Below are positions 26,752 to 36,249 of a DNA stretch of 50,058 bases, piece after piece (the stretch's first letter is position 1; each line of letters opens with the position of its first letter). The position numbers and the translations under genes were made by a program. Under the pieces are notes generated by a model. It was not told the origin of the DNA. It was given only the letters and a program-made list of their open reading frames with translations, and did no database searches. The stretch is from Gammaproteobacteria bacterium (GTDB lineage Bacteria; Pseudomonadota; Gammaproteobacteria; SZUA-229): assembly GCA_003228405.1 (NCBI GenBank), contig QIDK01000044.1:1-50058 (forward strand), written 5' to 3'.

Positions 26752-27948
26752 CTAAATACTCAGTGGTTCAAAATCCACCAGTGTATCCACTTCTGCTTCA
26801 TAATCTATACCCGCTATTCCAAAACCAAATAGTTTTAGAAATTCTTCTTTGTAACCCTGATAATCGGTTAATTCAAATAAATTTTCAGTGGTTACCTGGG
26901 GCCATACGTTTTTAACCTTGTCCTGAACATCATCACGCAGTTCCAGGTCATCCATGCGGATACGCGATGCTTCATCAAGATCAGCGGTTGCGGATTTGTA
27001 TAACTGGGTACGGAACATGCGATTGATCTGTTCAATGCAACCCTCATGAATATCCAGTTGTTTCATTACCTTAAAAGCCATAGCGATATACAGGGGCATA
27101 ACCGGAATAGCGGCGGAGGCCTGGGTGACTACACTTTTTAATACCGCCATATTGGCCGAGCCATTAATGTCGGCCAGAGTACCTCTAAGGTCTGCAGCTG
27201 CACGATCCATATCTTCCTTGGCTTTACCCAGAGCGCCATGCCAGTAAATAGGCCAGGTAATTTCGGTGCCAATATAGCTATACGAAACGGTTTTAACTCC
27301 ATCGGCTAATACGTCAGCTTGTTTTAGAGCATTGATCCATAGTTCCCAGTCTTCTCCACCCATAACCGTTATGGTGTTACTAATTTCTTCATCAGAAGCG
27401 GGTTCAATTTCGACGTCAGTAATCTGGTCTTTGCTGGTATCAATGGCAGTTGCTTTATAAGTTTCGCCAATGGGTTTTAAAACCGAGCGTATGGTTTCAC
27501 CTGTATCGGGCATCTTGCGCACGGGTGACGCCAGAGAATAAACCACCAGGTCAATTTTACCCATATCCTGCTTAATCGTTTCTATCGCTTTGTCGCGCAT
27601 TTCACTGGAGAAGGCATCACCATTAATGCTTTTAGCATACAGGCCCTGTGCATGAGCGGCTTTTTCAAAGGCGGCAGAGTTATACCAGCCAGCTGAGCCG
27701 GGCTTTTTCTCAGTGGCAGGTTTTTCGAGGAATACACCCAACGTTGCGGCCGCAGAACCAAATGCGGCGGTAATACGTGAGGCCAGGCCGTAACCGGTAG
27801 ATGCACCGATGACCAGCACATTTTTGGGGCCATTTTCTATCACGCCATCCGCTTTAACACGGGCGATTTGTTCATCCACATTAGCGGCACAGCCAGTAGG
27901 GTGTGCTGTTATGCAAATGAATCCACGGGTTTTAGGTTTTATGATCAC
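26752..27948 (-). CDS. fabV: Enoyl-[acyl-carrier-protein] reductase FabV (trans-2-enoyl-CoA reductase family)
   Basis: The N-terminal [20 protein letters not shown] and most of the length closely resemble Vibrio FabV as remembered ([28 protein letters not shown]). Confidence 0.92.
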   Translation of the reverse strand: MIIKPKTRGFICITAHPTGCAANVDEQIARVKADGVIENGPKNVLVIGASTGYGLASRITAAFGSAAATLGVFLEKPATEKKPGSAGWYNSAAFEKAAHAQGLYAKSINGDAFSSEMRDKAIETIKQDMGKIDLVVYSLASPVRKMPDTGETIRSVLKPIGETYKATAIDTSKDQITDVEIEPASDEEISNTITVMGGEDWELWINALKQADVLADGVKTVSYSYIGTEITWPIYWHGALGKAKEDMDRAAADLRGTLADINGSANMAVLKSVVTQASAAIPVMPLYIAMAFKVMKQLDIHEGCIEQINRMFRTQLYKSATADLDEASRIRMDDLELRDDVQDKVKNVWPQVTTENLFELTDYQGYKEEFLKLFGFGIAGIDYEAEVDTLVDFEPLSI

Positions 27949-27977
27949 GTTATGTTTTCCGCTTTGATTATTTCAGG

Positions 27978-28361
27978 TTAAAGGCTGGCTGCTACTTTTT
28001 TCATTTTGCCCTGAACGATGGGCGCAACTTCTGCAATCTGGGGATTATCGACCATACCCAGTACGGCGACAGGGTCCATAAAACCGACATTAACCTTACC
28101 ATTATCTTCTTCACGCAACAAAACATTGCAGGGCAGCAAAAGGCCAATATCTGGCTCGGCTTCAATTGCCTGATGAGCAAGGTCAGGGTTGCAGGCACCG
28201 AGAATTTTATAACCGCTGCGATCTATATCCAGTTTGGCTTTCATTACTTTCTGCACATCAATTTCTGTGAGTACGCCAAAACCTTCTTCAGCAAGGGCTG
28301 CACGTACTTTTTCTTCCGCTTCTTCCATTGTCGCATCAATTGTTACATTAAAACCGTACAT
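27978..28361 (-). CDS. DUF302 domain protein
   Basis: 127 aa. The pattern ...GFGVLTEIDVQKVMKAKL...YKILGACNP...LLPCNV... is typical of DUF302. Confidence 0.8.
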   Translation of the reverse strand: MYGFNVTIDATMEEAEEKVRAALAEEGFGVLTEIDVQKVMKAKLDIDRSGYKILGACNPDLAHQAIEAEPDIGLLLPCNVLLREEDNGKVNVGFMDPVAVLGMVDNPQIAEVAPIVQGKMKKVAASL

Positions 28362-28519
28362 GAGTATTCTCCAATTTAATTTTGTGAGCGAATTTTAGCA
28401 TATTCTAATTTATTTTAAATCACTGTGTAAACTGGGGGAGTCATGAACTTCAACAATAGTATTTAAGGGGATATAGCCGTTGGGGTTATTTCATCACCCC
28501 AGCTCAGGTGATAATATAT

Positions 28520-28831
28520 TTAAATATTGGTCAGTTGCCAGACATCATAAGCCGGTTCTTCGTAAGGGTGGGCCTGTTTCATGGCTGTAATTGCGGCTTT
28601 TACGAATTCATCTGCGACCACCAGTTCCAGCCTGACTTCATCGACCGTTTCTATTCTGTCTTTTTCACCAATAAACGGCTGGCTATTTTGCAGTGGCCGA
28701 AACTGCCCCTGCCCCAGAGTTTGCCAGCTACAGCAGTCATAATTGCCAATTTTGCCGGCACCCGCATTAAACAGGGCGGTTTTAACCTGTTCTATATGGC
28801 TCGGCGGGATAAATACGCAAATTTTATACAT
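28520..28831 (-). CDS. Small Nif3-associated/YqfO-like protein
   Basis: MYKICVFIPPSHIEQVKTALFNAGAGKIGNYDCCSWQTLGQGQFRP...AHPYEEPAYDVW matches remembered ~104-aa proteobacterial 'NIF3-like' proteins. The start is set at Met26 of the ORF. Confidence 0.75.
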   Translation of the reverse strand: MYKICVFIPPSHIEQVKTALFNAGAGKIGNYDCCSWQTLGQGQFRPLQNSQPFIGEKDRIETVDEVRLELVVADEFVKAAITAMKQAHPYEEPAYDVWQLTNI

Positions 28832-28926
28832 ATATAGAACTATTTCCTGACAATTTGGAATGAAATAAGAATAGTGGATCATGTAGAATATACCAGGATA
28901 TTTCAATCAATTTCAGGTAAAAATTA

Positions 28927-29211
28927 ATGAGTGATGACGGCATACAGCTTTCGCCCCAGTTAATGGATGATCTACGCGAAGCATTAAAAAAACAGGATCC
29001 ACGCACCAGTGATGAAACAATGGCAATGCAATATCTGGTGGCTTCCGCCGGCATGATGCTGTCAGATATGAATAACCCACAGATGAACAAAAAAGATGCA
29101 CTGAATGATCTGGCGGGGTTTATGACCCATGTGTTTGAGTATATGGAAGCTCAGAAACCACAGATGCCACCTCAGCAGGATGCATTTGGAGTATGGAAAC
29201 CTAAAAGCTGA
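28927..29211 (+). CDS. Hypothetical protein (94 aa, Met/Gln-rich)
   Basis: The ORF fills the intergenic space in a coding-like context. I recognise no motif. Confidence 0.45.
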   Translation: MSDDGIQLSPQLMDDLREALKKQDPRTSDETMAMQYLVASAGMMLSDMNNPQMNKKDALNDLAGFMTHVFEYMEAQKPQMPPQQDAFGVWKPKS

Positions 29212-29271
29212 TTTCGCTGCTCCTCATGAGATAGAATTAGCCGATAACACATACTTTAGTTGTATCTCATT

Positions 29272-30072
29272 ATGACAATACTTTCCCAACGAGTGGCCGA
29301 GTGTTTAGATGCCTGCGAGCCGGCTCAAAAAGTCGACCTGACCCAGGCCCTCTATAAAGACTGGTGTGCAGCCAGGGTCGAAATTGACCCTGCATTTCAT
29401 GCAGATGATATTGCTGAAGTCGGCAGGCCTGAAAGGCCTGAACTGGTGGCGCCAAAAAACCTGGCCAGGCGCAGTATGCATACTGAAGAGGGTAGAGTGG
29501 TGTTATGCCATGCCCTGGCGCATATTGAGTTTAATGCGATAAATCTGGCACTGGACGCGGCTTATCGTTTTAATGATATGCCATTACAGTTTTATACTGA
29601 CTGGTTAAAGGTCGCAGCTGAAGAGGCCAGCCATTTTAGATTGCTAGAATCCTATTTAAACCAGCACAACTGCCAGTATGGTGATTATAATGCGCATAAT
29701 GGTCTCTGGAAAATGGCACAGCTCACGGCACATGATGTGATGATTCGCATGGCACTGGTGCCCAGAGTGCTTGAGGCAAGGGGGCTTGATGTAACCCCGG
29801 GGATTATTAAAAAACTCGCGCAGGCAAAAGATGAAGCGTTTATCGCTCATCTTGAAATTATTCAGCGTGATGAAATTGGCCACGTCGCCATAGGTAACCA
29901 CTGGTTTAAATATCTGTGTGAACAGCGGAATCTGAATTATCGGCAGACATTTAAGGATTTAATTCATAAATATATGCAAGGAACATTGCGCGGGCCGTAT
30001 GATGTGGTGGCCAGAATGCAGGCCGGGTTTACAGCAGAAGATATTGCCGATTTAAATACCCTGGCAGATTAA
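29272..30072 (+). CDS. DUF455 ferritin-like di-iron protein
   Basis: Ferritin-like ExxH pairs (HIEFNAINLALDA, EEASHF, RDEIGHV). I prefer the ATG at 29272 over the TTG at 29260. Confidence 0.75.
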   Translation: MTILSQRVAECLDACEPAQKVDLTQALYKDWCAARVEIDPAFHADDIAEVGRPERPELVAPKNLARRSMHTEEGRVVLCHALAHIEFNAINLALDAAYRFNDMPLQFYTDWLKVAAEEASHFRLLESYLNQHNCQYGDYNAHNGLWKMAQLTAHDVMIRMALVPRVLEARGLDVTPGIIKKLAQAKDEAFIAHLEIIQRDEIGHVAIGNHWFKYLCEQRNLNYRQTFKDLIHKYMQGTLRGPYDVVARMQAGFTAEDIADLNTLAD

Positions 30073-30086
30073 TTAGAGATGATACA

Positions 30087-30785
30087 ATGCAAAATATAAA
30101 GCAAATTTTTATAGCCTGTTTACTGCTGTTATACAGTTTTTCAACGACAGCTGAAAATATAAAAAGCCTGGTGCTTTTTTATGATGAAGTAGAAGAAGGT
30201 GTTGGTGCGCAGAAAGCGCGTTACATTATAAATGATCAATACATGAGAATAGACGATGGTGATAATGAGGCAGATTATATTTTATTTGATGTGAATAAAA
30301 AATTTATTTACAGCATTAATCATGAAGATAAAACCATTCTTAATATAAAAAACAGGCAATGGAGCCTGCCTGAGTTTGATTTTAATGTTTCAATTCAGCA
30401 ATCAATTGTAAAAGATGCGCCCAGGGTGTTTGATAAACCGGTACATGTTTATTCGGTAAAAGTGGGCCAGAAAACATGTACAAAAGTATTTTTAATTAAG
30501 GATGCTTACCCGGAAGAAATGAAGGTATTGCATAAATACCAGCTGGTTTTATCCGGGCAACAGATATCCACATTAGCAAATACTCCGCAGGAATTGCATA
30601 ACCCCTGCTTTTTAGTAGACCAGGTTTACCATACAGGTGATTACTATAAATCAGGGCTGCCAATACAGATCAGTTATAGCCGGAATTATGCTAAATTTTT
30701 AAAAGATTTTAAGAAAATGGAAATTGATAAGAAATTATTTATGCTACCGCAAGGTTATCAGGAATATGGTGCATTTATAGAGTAG
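30087..30785 (+). CDS. Secreted hypothetical protein
   Basis: Signal peptide MQNIKQIFIACLLLLYSFSTTA. AT-rich. It shows faint similarity by eye to the 7161-7946 product. Confidence 0.6.
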   Translation: MQNIKQIFIACLLLLYSFSTTAENIKSLVLFYDEVEEGVGAQKARYIINDQYMRIDDGDNEADYILFDVNKKFIYSINHEDKTILNIKNRQWSLPEFDFNVSIQQSIVKDAPRVFDKPVHVYSVKVGQKTCTKVFLIKDAYPEEMKVLHKYQLVLSGQQISTLANTPQELHNPCFLVDQVYHTGDYYKSGLPIQISYSRNYAKFLKDFKKMEIDKKLFMLPQGYQEYGAFIE

Positions 30786-30855
30786 CCTGGTGCGTGCTTT
30801 TGTTGATGTGCAAATCTACTATCTATTATTGCAGCCTGATAGCAATCATCAAGTT

Positions 30856-30970
30856 TACTAATGAATCAGGTGAAAAGAATACCTGCCTTATATTAGAGAA
30901 ATAGTTTCTCCTGTAGGCGCTATTTTTCTAAAGCTTATTAGTAGTATCCTTTATTTCTGATTCAGTAATA
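30856..30970. repeat. MITE-like repeat family C, copy 1 (empty-site version)
   Basis: Roughly 27-bp imperfect terminal inverted repeats: TACTAATGAATCAGGTGAAAAGAATAC ... GTATCCTTTATTTCTGATTCAGTAATA. It is the same element as 34732-34965 but lacks the nested palindrome. Confidence 0.8.
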
Positions 30971-30975
30971 TGTAT

Positions 30976-31701
30976 TCAGCTAAAAGATTTTAATTCAAAA
31001 TCTGTCGGGCTATTAAATTCCAGCACACTGCCCTGTGAATACCAGTCGCCTAAAACAATGCGTTTAACCGGTTTAGAATTTATATCAAGTGTATGAATGG
31101 CCGGGCGATGTGTGTGCCCGTGAATCATTAAAGAAACGTTGTTTTCAATAAAGGCATTATTTACGGCTGCGGTATTTACATCCATAATATCTGCGTCTTT
31201 GTCCTGAATTTCCTGCTGACTTTGTTTGCGCAGCGCCATTGCCATTTGCTGGCGTTCGTCTAATGGCCTGCTTAAAAAATCCTCCTGCCAGGCAGGGTTT
31301 CTAAGCATTAGACGTAATTCCTGATAACGCAGATCATCGGTACATAAAATGTCCCCGTGCATGAGTAGCACGGGTGTGTTATTTAACTCGGCTATATAAG
31401 GCTCATGTATCAATTGGCAACCGACTCGTTGTGCGAGTGTTTCACCCATCAGGAAATCCCGGTTGCCGTGCATTAAATAAAGCTTTAAGCCCTTATCCGA
31501 TTGCTGTTTCATGGCGTCGAAGACTTCATTCAGGCCTTCTGCTGTATCATCATCACCTAACCAGTATTCGACCAGATCACCAAGGATATACAGTGATTCA
31601 GCCTGTGCAGCCTGATGCTGCATAAACTGTATAAACAGTTGAATAATATCTGGCCGTTCAGGTGCCAGATGCAGGTCAGAAATAAATAGATGTTTAGCCA
31701 T
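30976..31701 (-). CDS. lpxH: UDP-2,3-diacylglucosamine diphosphatase
   Basis: Calcineurin-like metallophosphoesterase motifs are present: FISDLHL, GDLVEYW, GNRDF and HGHTH. The 241-aa size and its position next to ppiB match many gammaproteobacteria. Confidence 0.9.
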   Translation of the reverse strand: MAKHLFISDLHLAPERPDIIQLFIQFMQHQAAQAESLYILGDLVEYWLGDDDTAEGLNEVFDAMKQQSDKGLKLYLMHGNRDFLMGETLAQRVGCQLIHEPYIAELNNTPVLLMHGDILCTDDLRYQELRLMLRNPAWQEDFLSRPLDERQQMAMALRKQSQQEIQDKDADIMDVNTAAVNNAFIENNVSLMIHGHTHRPAIHTLDINSKPVKRIVLGDWYSQGSVLEFNSPTDFELKSFS

Positions 31702-31712
31702 CTATGAGTAGG

Positions 31713-32213
31713 CTAGACCAGGCTTGCGCTATTGATAATAACCGTTTCTACAGGCACATCACCGTGTCCCATGTTACTACCCGTCGCAACCTGGGCTATG
31801 GCATCTACCACATCCATGCCTTCAACTACTTCAGCAAATACCGCATAGCCCCAGCCCTGTGAAGTGGGTGCAGAATAGTTTAGAAAGTCATTATCTTTAA
31901 GGTTAATAAAGAACTGAGAGCTGGCAGAGTCAGGGTCTGGCGTACGTGCCATGGCAAGTGTGCCGCGTTTATTTTGTAGACCGTTGTCGGCTTCATTTTT
32001 TATATTGGCATTGGTTTCTTTTTGTATCATGCCTTCTTTAAATCCACCACACTGAATCATAAATCCGGGGATGACACGGTGAAAAATAGTGTCGTTAAAA
32101 AAATCTTCTTTTACATAAGTTAAAAAGTTTTCAGCAGAGATGGGTGCTTTGTCGGCATTTAGCTCAATGGTGATTTTACCGTGGTTGGTATCAAGACATA
32201 CTTTATTTGACAT
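31713..32213 (-). CDS. ppiB: Peptidyl-prolyl cis-trans isomerase B (cyclophilin)
   Basis: Cyclophilin signatures [14 protein letters not shown] and [17 protein letters not shown]. 166 aa with no signal peptide. Confidence 0.92.
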   Translation of the reverse strand: MSNKVCLDTNHGKITIELNADKAPISAENFLTYVKEDFFNDTIFHRVIPGFMIQCGGFKEGMIQKETNANIKNEADNGLQNKRGTLAMARTPDPDSASSQFFINLKDNDFLNYSAPTSQGWGYAVFAEVVEGMDVVDAIAQVATGSNMGHGDVPVETVIINSASLV

Positions 32214-32238
32214 AGTGTGTTTTCCAGTTTTAGAAAAA

Positions 32239-32315
32239 TGGCGTCCCCGAGACGATTCGAACGTCCGACCTACCGCTTAGGAGGCGGTGGCTCTATCCTG
32301 CTGAGCTACGGGGAC
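32239..32315 (-). tRNA. tRNA-Arg (anticodon CCT)
   Basis: Hand-folded cloverleaf on the minus strand: GTCCCCG/TA/GCTC-AGCAGGATA-GAGC/C/ACCGC-CTCCTAA-GCGGT/AGGTC/GGACG-TTCGAAT-CGTCT/CGGGGAC/G/CCA. It is 77 nt with an encoded CCA. Confidence 0.9.
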
Positions 32316-32327
32316 AAATTTGGTGGG

Positions 32328-32337
32328 ATTATACCAG
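32328..32337 (-). promoter_or_regulatory. Extended -10 promoter candidate for tRNA-Arg
   Basis: The minus strand reads CTGGTATAAT (TGnTATAAT). A GC-rich discriminator CCCACC follows, ending 6 nt before the tRNA 5' end. Confidence 0.45.
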
Positions 32338-32471
32338 TGCTTTCAACGTAATGAAATTACTGTTTACTGGTTGGGGATGCAGTATATAATTAATGGGTGG
32401 TTTCTATAAACCTGGTTCCAGGCCCGTTAAAATAGACCAGGTTTGCAATATCCTGGTTTTATAGTGCCGCC

Positions 32472-34238
32472 TTATTTTCTTAAGCCAGGGTTCCGCCTGG
32501 GGCGATTACGGCGCTCGCTGCGCTTCATATACTGATGTAATTTTCGCCAGACATAGGAATCCGGCGTGTCTTCATAGGTCATAATGTAATTCAGGCTGTG
32601 TAGATCGTTCTGTGACCATTGCATGCTGCGCAGAGCACCGGGTGTTCCACAAAATAGCAACTGATCGCCGGCTTTAATGGCAATATCATCCGTGGGCATT
32701 AGCAGGTGTTTCTGATTGCGCTTAAGCATTAACGGAACCGCGGCAATTTGAAGTTCACGCTGGCGGGGGTTTTGCAGTATATTGCCCACTCGAATCACCC
32801 GCCCTAAACGCAGCACCTGGCACAGGGCGCGGGCTTCTTTTTCGTTAATATGCAGCGTCCAGATACTGGGCACGGAGTCTCCCAGAACCCCCATGATCCG
32901 GCTAATTGTTACATTGGCCCAGGCGGGATCCTGATTTCTGGCTTTATTCAGAAATGAAATCATTAACGGTGAAACCAGCAGGGTGCGAATTTTGCGTGCA
33001 ATAATTTCGCTGGGTTGCATAATGATATTGGCCCGGGTGGCCGCAAATAGTTTCTGATTGGTTTTTTTATTGTGCCTGGCGACGATAAATAACTCAGGGT
33101 TGAGATCTCTGGCGGTCATGATAATGGATAAATTATTTGAATCATTATCCGTGCCTGAAACTAGACCCACCGCTTCGGAAACACCCGCCACAGTTAATGT
33201 GTGGGCATCAAACCCGGTGCCAATAATAAAGTCATTGTTTTTATTTTCTGGCCGGTTAAGAAATATTTCACGCTTTTCTTCAGAAGGGTCAATAACGGTT
33301 ACCTGAATATTTATTTTTAGCAACTGTTTATAAAGATTATGACCAAAGCGGCCAAAGCCACAGATAATCCAGTGCCCTTCTTTTACATAAATCGGGTTAC
33401 TTAAGTCGGTATCAGGCACACCGGTGAGCCAGTCATATAATAAATGTAGCGAAGGAGAATGCATCGCCATGGCGAAAATATTAGCAAAGGTTTCAAACGG
33501 ATTTACCACAAAATCTGTACCGAAAGAAAACATATTGCTTTCATAATCTTCAAGTTCTGAGCGACAGACCACGCAGATATCAGGGTGTAACAATTTACTG
33601 GTGACCGCAATTTTTAAATTGGTGTCATCTGAAGCGGTAACTGCAATAACCGCGGCGCATTTTTTATTCTGTAAGCCTGCAAGAATAAGTTGTTCCGGGT
33701 CGCGGGCATCACCCTTAAGCCCGGGAATAATAAGCGGAAAATTTTCCAGCGGAAGGGTCTGAATAATTCTATCGTTGTTTTCAATAACAACGGCATGAAT
33801 ATTACGCTCGGTGAGTGCCTTAGCCAGCTCATGGCCGGTTTCTCCAAAGCCACAAATTAAAATAAAATTATCGGGTATGCGTGAAAGCTGGTGTGCAAAC
33901 TGGTTCTTTTTCAATGCTTCACGAAACATTGGGTCCTGCACCAGAGATAAAATTTTACCTAAGGAAAAGAACCAGGCAATAACAGTTAAATAAATAGTAA
34001 TCAGTGCCCAGGTACGCTGCGCATTGGTTAAAGGGTATGGGATTTCACCAAAGCCAATGGTAGTCGCGGTGTAGCTAACAAAGTAAAAGGCATCGAAGAA
34101 ACTCATATGCCAGTGGTTGCCCTGAGCGTCTATGCCAGGTGTTATTACCATACCTAAAATAGATATGGAATAGCCTATTATAAGAGTAATAACAGGCACC
34201 CGCATCTGGCGCATAATGAGTGATGTCACAAGTGACAT
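32472..34238 (-). CDS. Potassium channel with two RCK/TrkA-N domains
   Basis: 2-TM pore module with selectivity-filter-like TATTIGFGE. It is followed by two Rossmann RCK domains (ICGFGETGHELAKAL and ICGFGRFGHNLYKQL). Confidence 0.8.
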   Translation of the reverse strand: MSLVTSLIMRQMRVPVITLIIGYSISILGMVITPGIDAQGNHWHMSFFDAFYFVSYTATTIGFGEIPYPLTNAQRTWALITIYLTVIAWFFSLGKILSLVQDPMFREALKKNQFAHQLSRIPDNFILICGFGETGHELAKALTERNIHAVVIENNDRIIQTLPLENFPLIIPGLKGDARDPEQLILAGLQNKKCAAVIAVTASDDTNLKIAVTSKLLHPDICVVCRSELEDYESNMFSFGTDFVVNPFETFANIFAMAMHSPSLHLLYDWLTGVPDTDLSNPIYVKEGHWIICGFGRFGHNLYKQLLKINIQVTVIDPSEEKREIFLNRPENKNNDFIIGTGFDAHTLTVAGVSEAVGLVSGTDNDSNNLSIIMTARDLNPELFIVARHNKKTNQKLFAATRANIIMQPSEIIARKIRTLLVSPLMISFLNKARNQDPAWANVTISRIMGVLGDSVPSIWTLHINEKEARALCQVLRLGRVIRVGNILQNPRQRELQIAAVPLMLKRNQKHLLMPTDDIAIKAGDQLLFCGTPGALRSMQWSQNDLHSLNYIMTYEDTPDSYVWRKLHQYMKRSERRNRPRRNPGLRK

Positions 34239-34255
34239 GGTTTTACCTGCGTAAC

Positions 34256-34639
34256 TTAGTGGCGCATCATTGATGTTTCAATGATCAGCAATATAACAGA
34301 AATAAAGTTGGCAATCATAGCGCCTCCACTTAGGGAAATAATGGTTGACATGGTGTCAGCCGTCATCACGTTGCCCTGAATATTAACCACATAAGCCCAT
34401 ACGATAGAAGCCGAAAATAACTGAACCAGAGCAACCAGGCTGGTAGCTAATAACATGGCACCCATTTGTGAGCGGTCGCCAAATTTGAGAACAGTGGCTA
34501 TGAGGTTAACCACCACCACGGCAAATAATTCATAAACATTGTGATGGTTGGGGTTATCAACCTCACCTGCATAAAAACCAAAGTTAAGGGTGAGTGCCAG
34601 AATCATAAAAAAACTAAAGACAACTTTTTCGCTGTTCAT
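34256..34639 (-). CDS. Small four-helix integral membrane protein of unknown function
   Basis: 127 aa and almost entirely hydrophobic. It lies 17 nt upstream of the K+ channel gene on the same strand. Confidence 0.6.
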   Translation of the reverse strand: MNSEKVVFSFFMILALTLNFGFYAGEVDNPNHHNVYELFAVVVVNLIATVLKFGDRSQMGAMLLATSLVALVQLFSASIVWAYVVNIQGNVMTADTMSTIISLSGGAMIANFISVILLIIETSMMRH

Positions 34640-34731
34640 TTTTATAGCCCTTCTTTAAGCATAAATATTTTTTCGATAAAAAATTAAATTTTATCCCATC
34701 AAGTTTATTCTGCCTTTGCAGGAATGACAGG

Positions 34732-34965
34732 TACTAATGAATCAGGTGAATAGAATACCTGTTTTTATATCACAGGGCATAACAATATTCGTTTTTCCTG
34801 TAGGCGTTAGCTTTAGCTGACGATGCACCTGGCAAAGCGAAGCGAGCCGATAAGCTTAACGGCTCGCTTCGCATCGCAACAATTATCGTCAGCTAAAGCT
34901 AACGCCTACAGATGCTATTTTTCTAAAGCTTATTAGCAGTATCTTTTATTTCTGATTCAGTAATA
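34732..34965. repeat. MITE-like repeat family C, copy 2 (carrying nested element D)
   Basis: It has the same termini and body as 30856-30970, interrupted after CCTGTAGGCG by about 108 nt. Confidence 0.8.
34798..34911. repeat. Nested double-hairpin palindromic element D
   Basis: Perfect 27-bp arms CTGTAGGCGTTAGCTTTAGCTGACGAT / ATCGTCAGCTAAAGCTAACGCCTACAG enclose a second perfect 12-bp hairpin, GCGAAGCGAGCC-gataagcttaac-GGCTCGCTTCGC. Confidence 0.85.
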
Positions 34966-35010
34966 AGTAGTACAGCAGTGCATTAATTCAGGAAATAGCT
35001 GCCATACTGT

Positions 35011-36180
<1,170 letters not shown>

Positions 36181-36249
36181 TTATAAGTTATCACGACTGT
36201 CTCGGTAACTAAAATATCCATCATTGTCGATAAATTTTTTGCAGAAAAT

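Noticed and set aside
28832-28906. 25-codon N-terminal extension of the Nif3-associated small protein ORF
   Set aside because: Homologues as remembered begin at MYK(I/L)C.F.P. The extension is Tyr/Ile/Phe-rich AT-driven sequence in a divergent promoter region.
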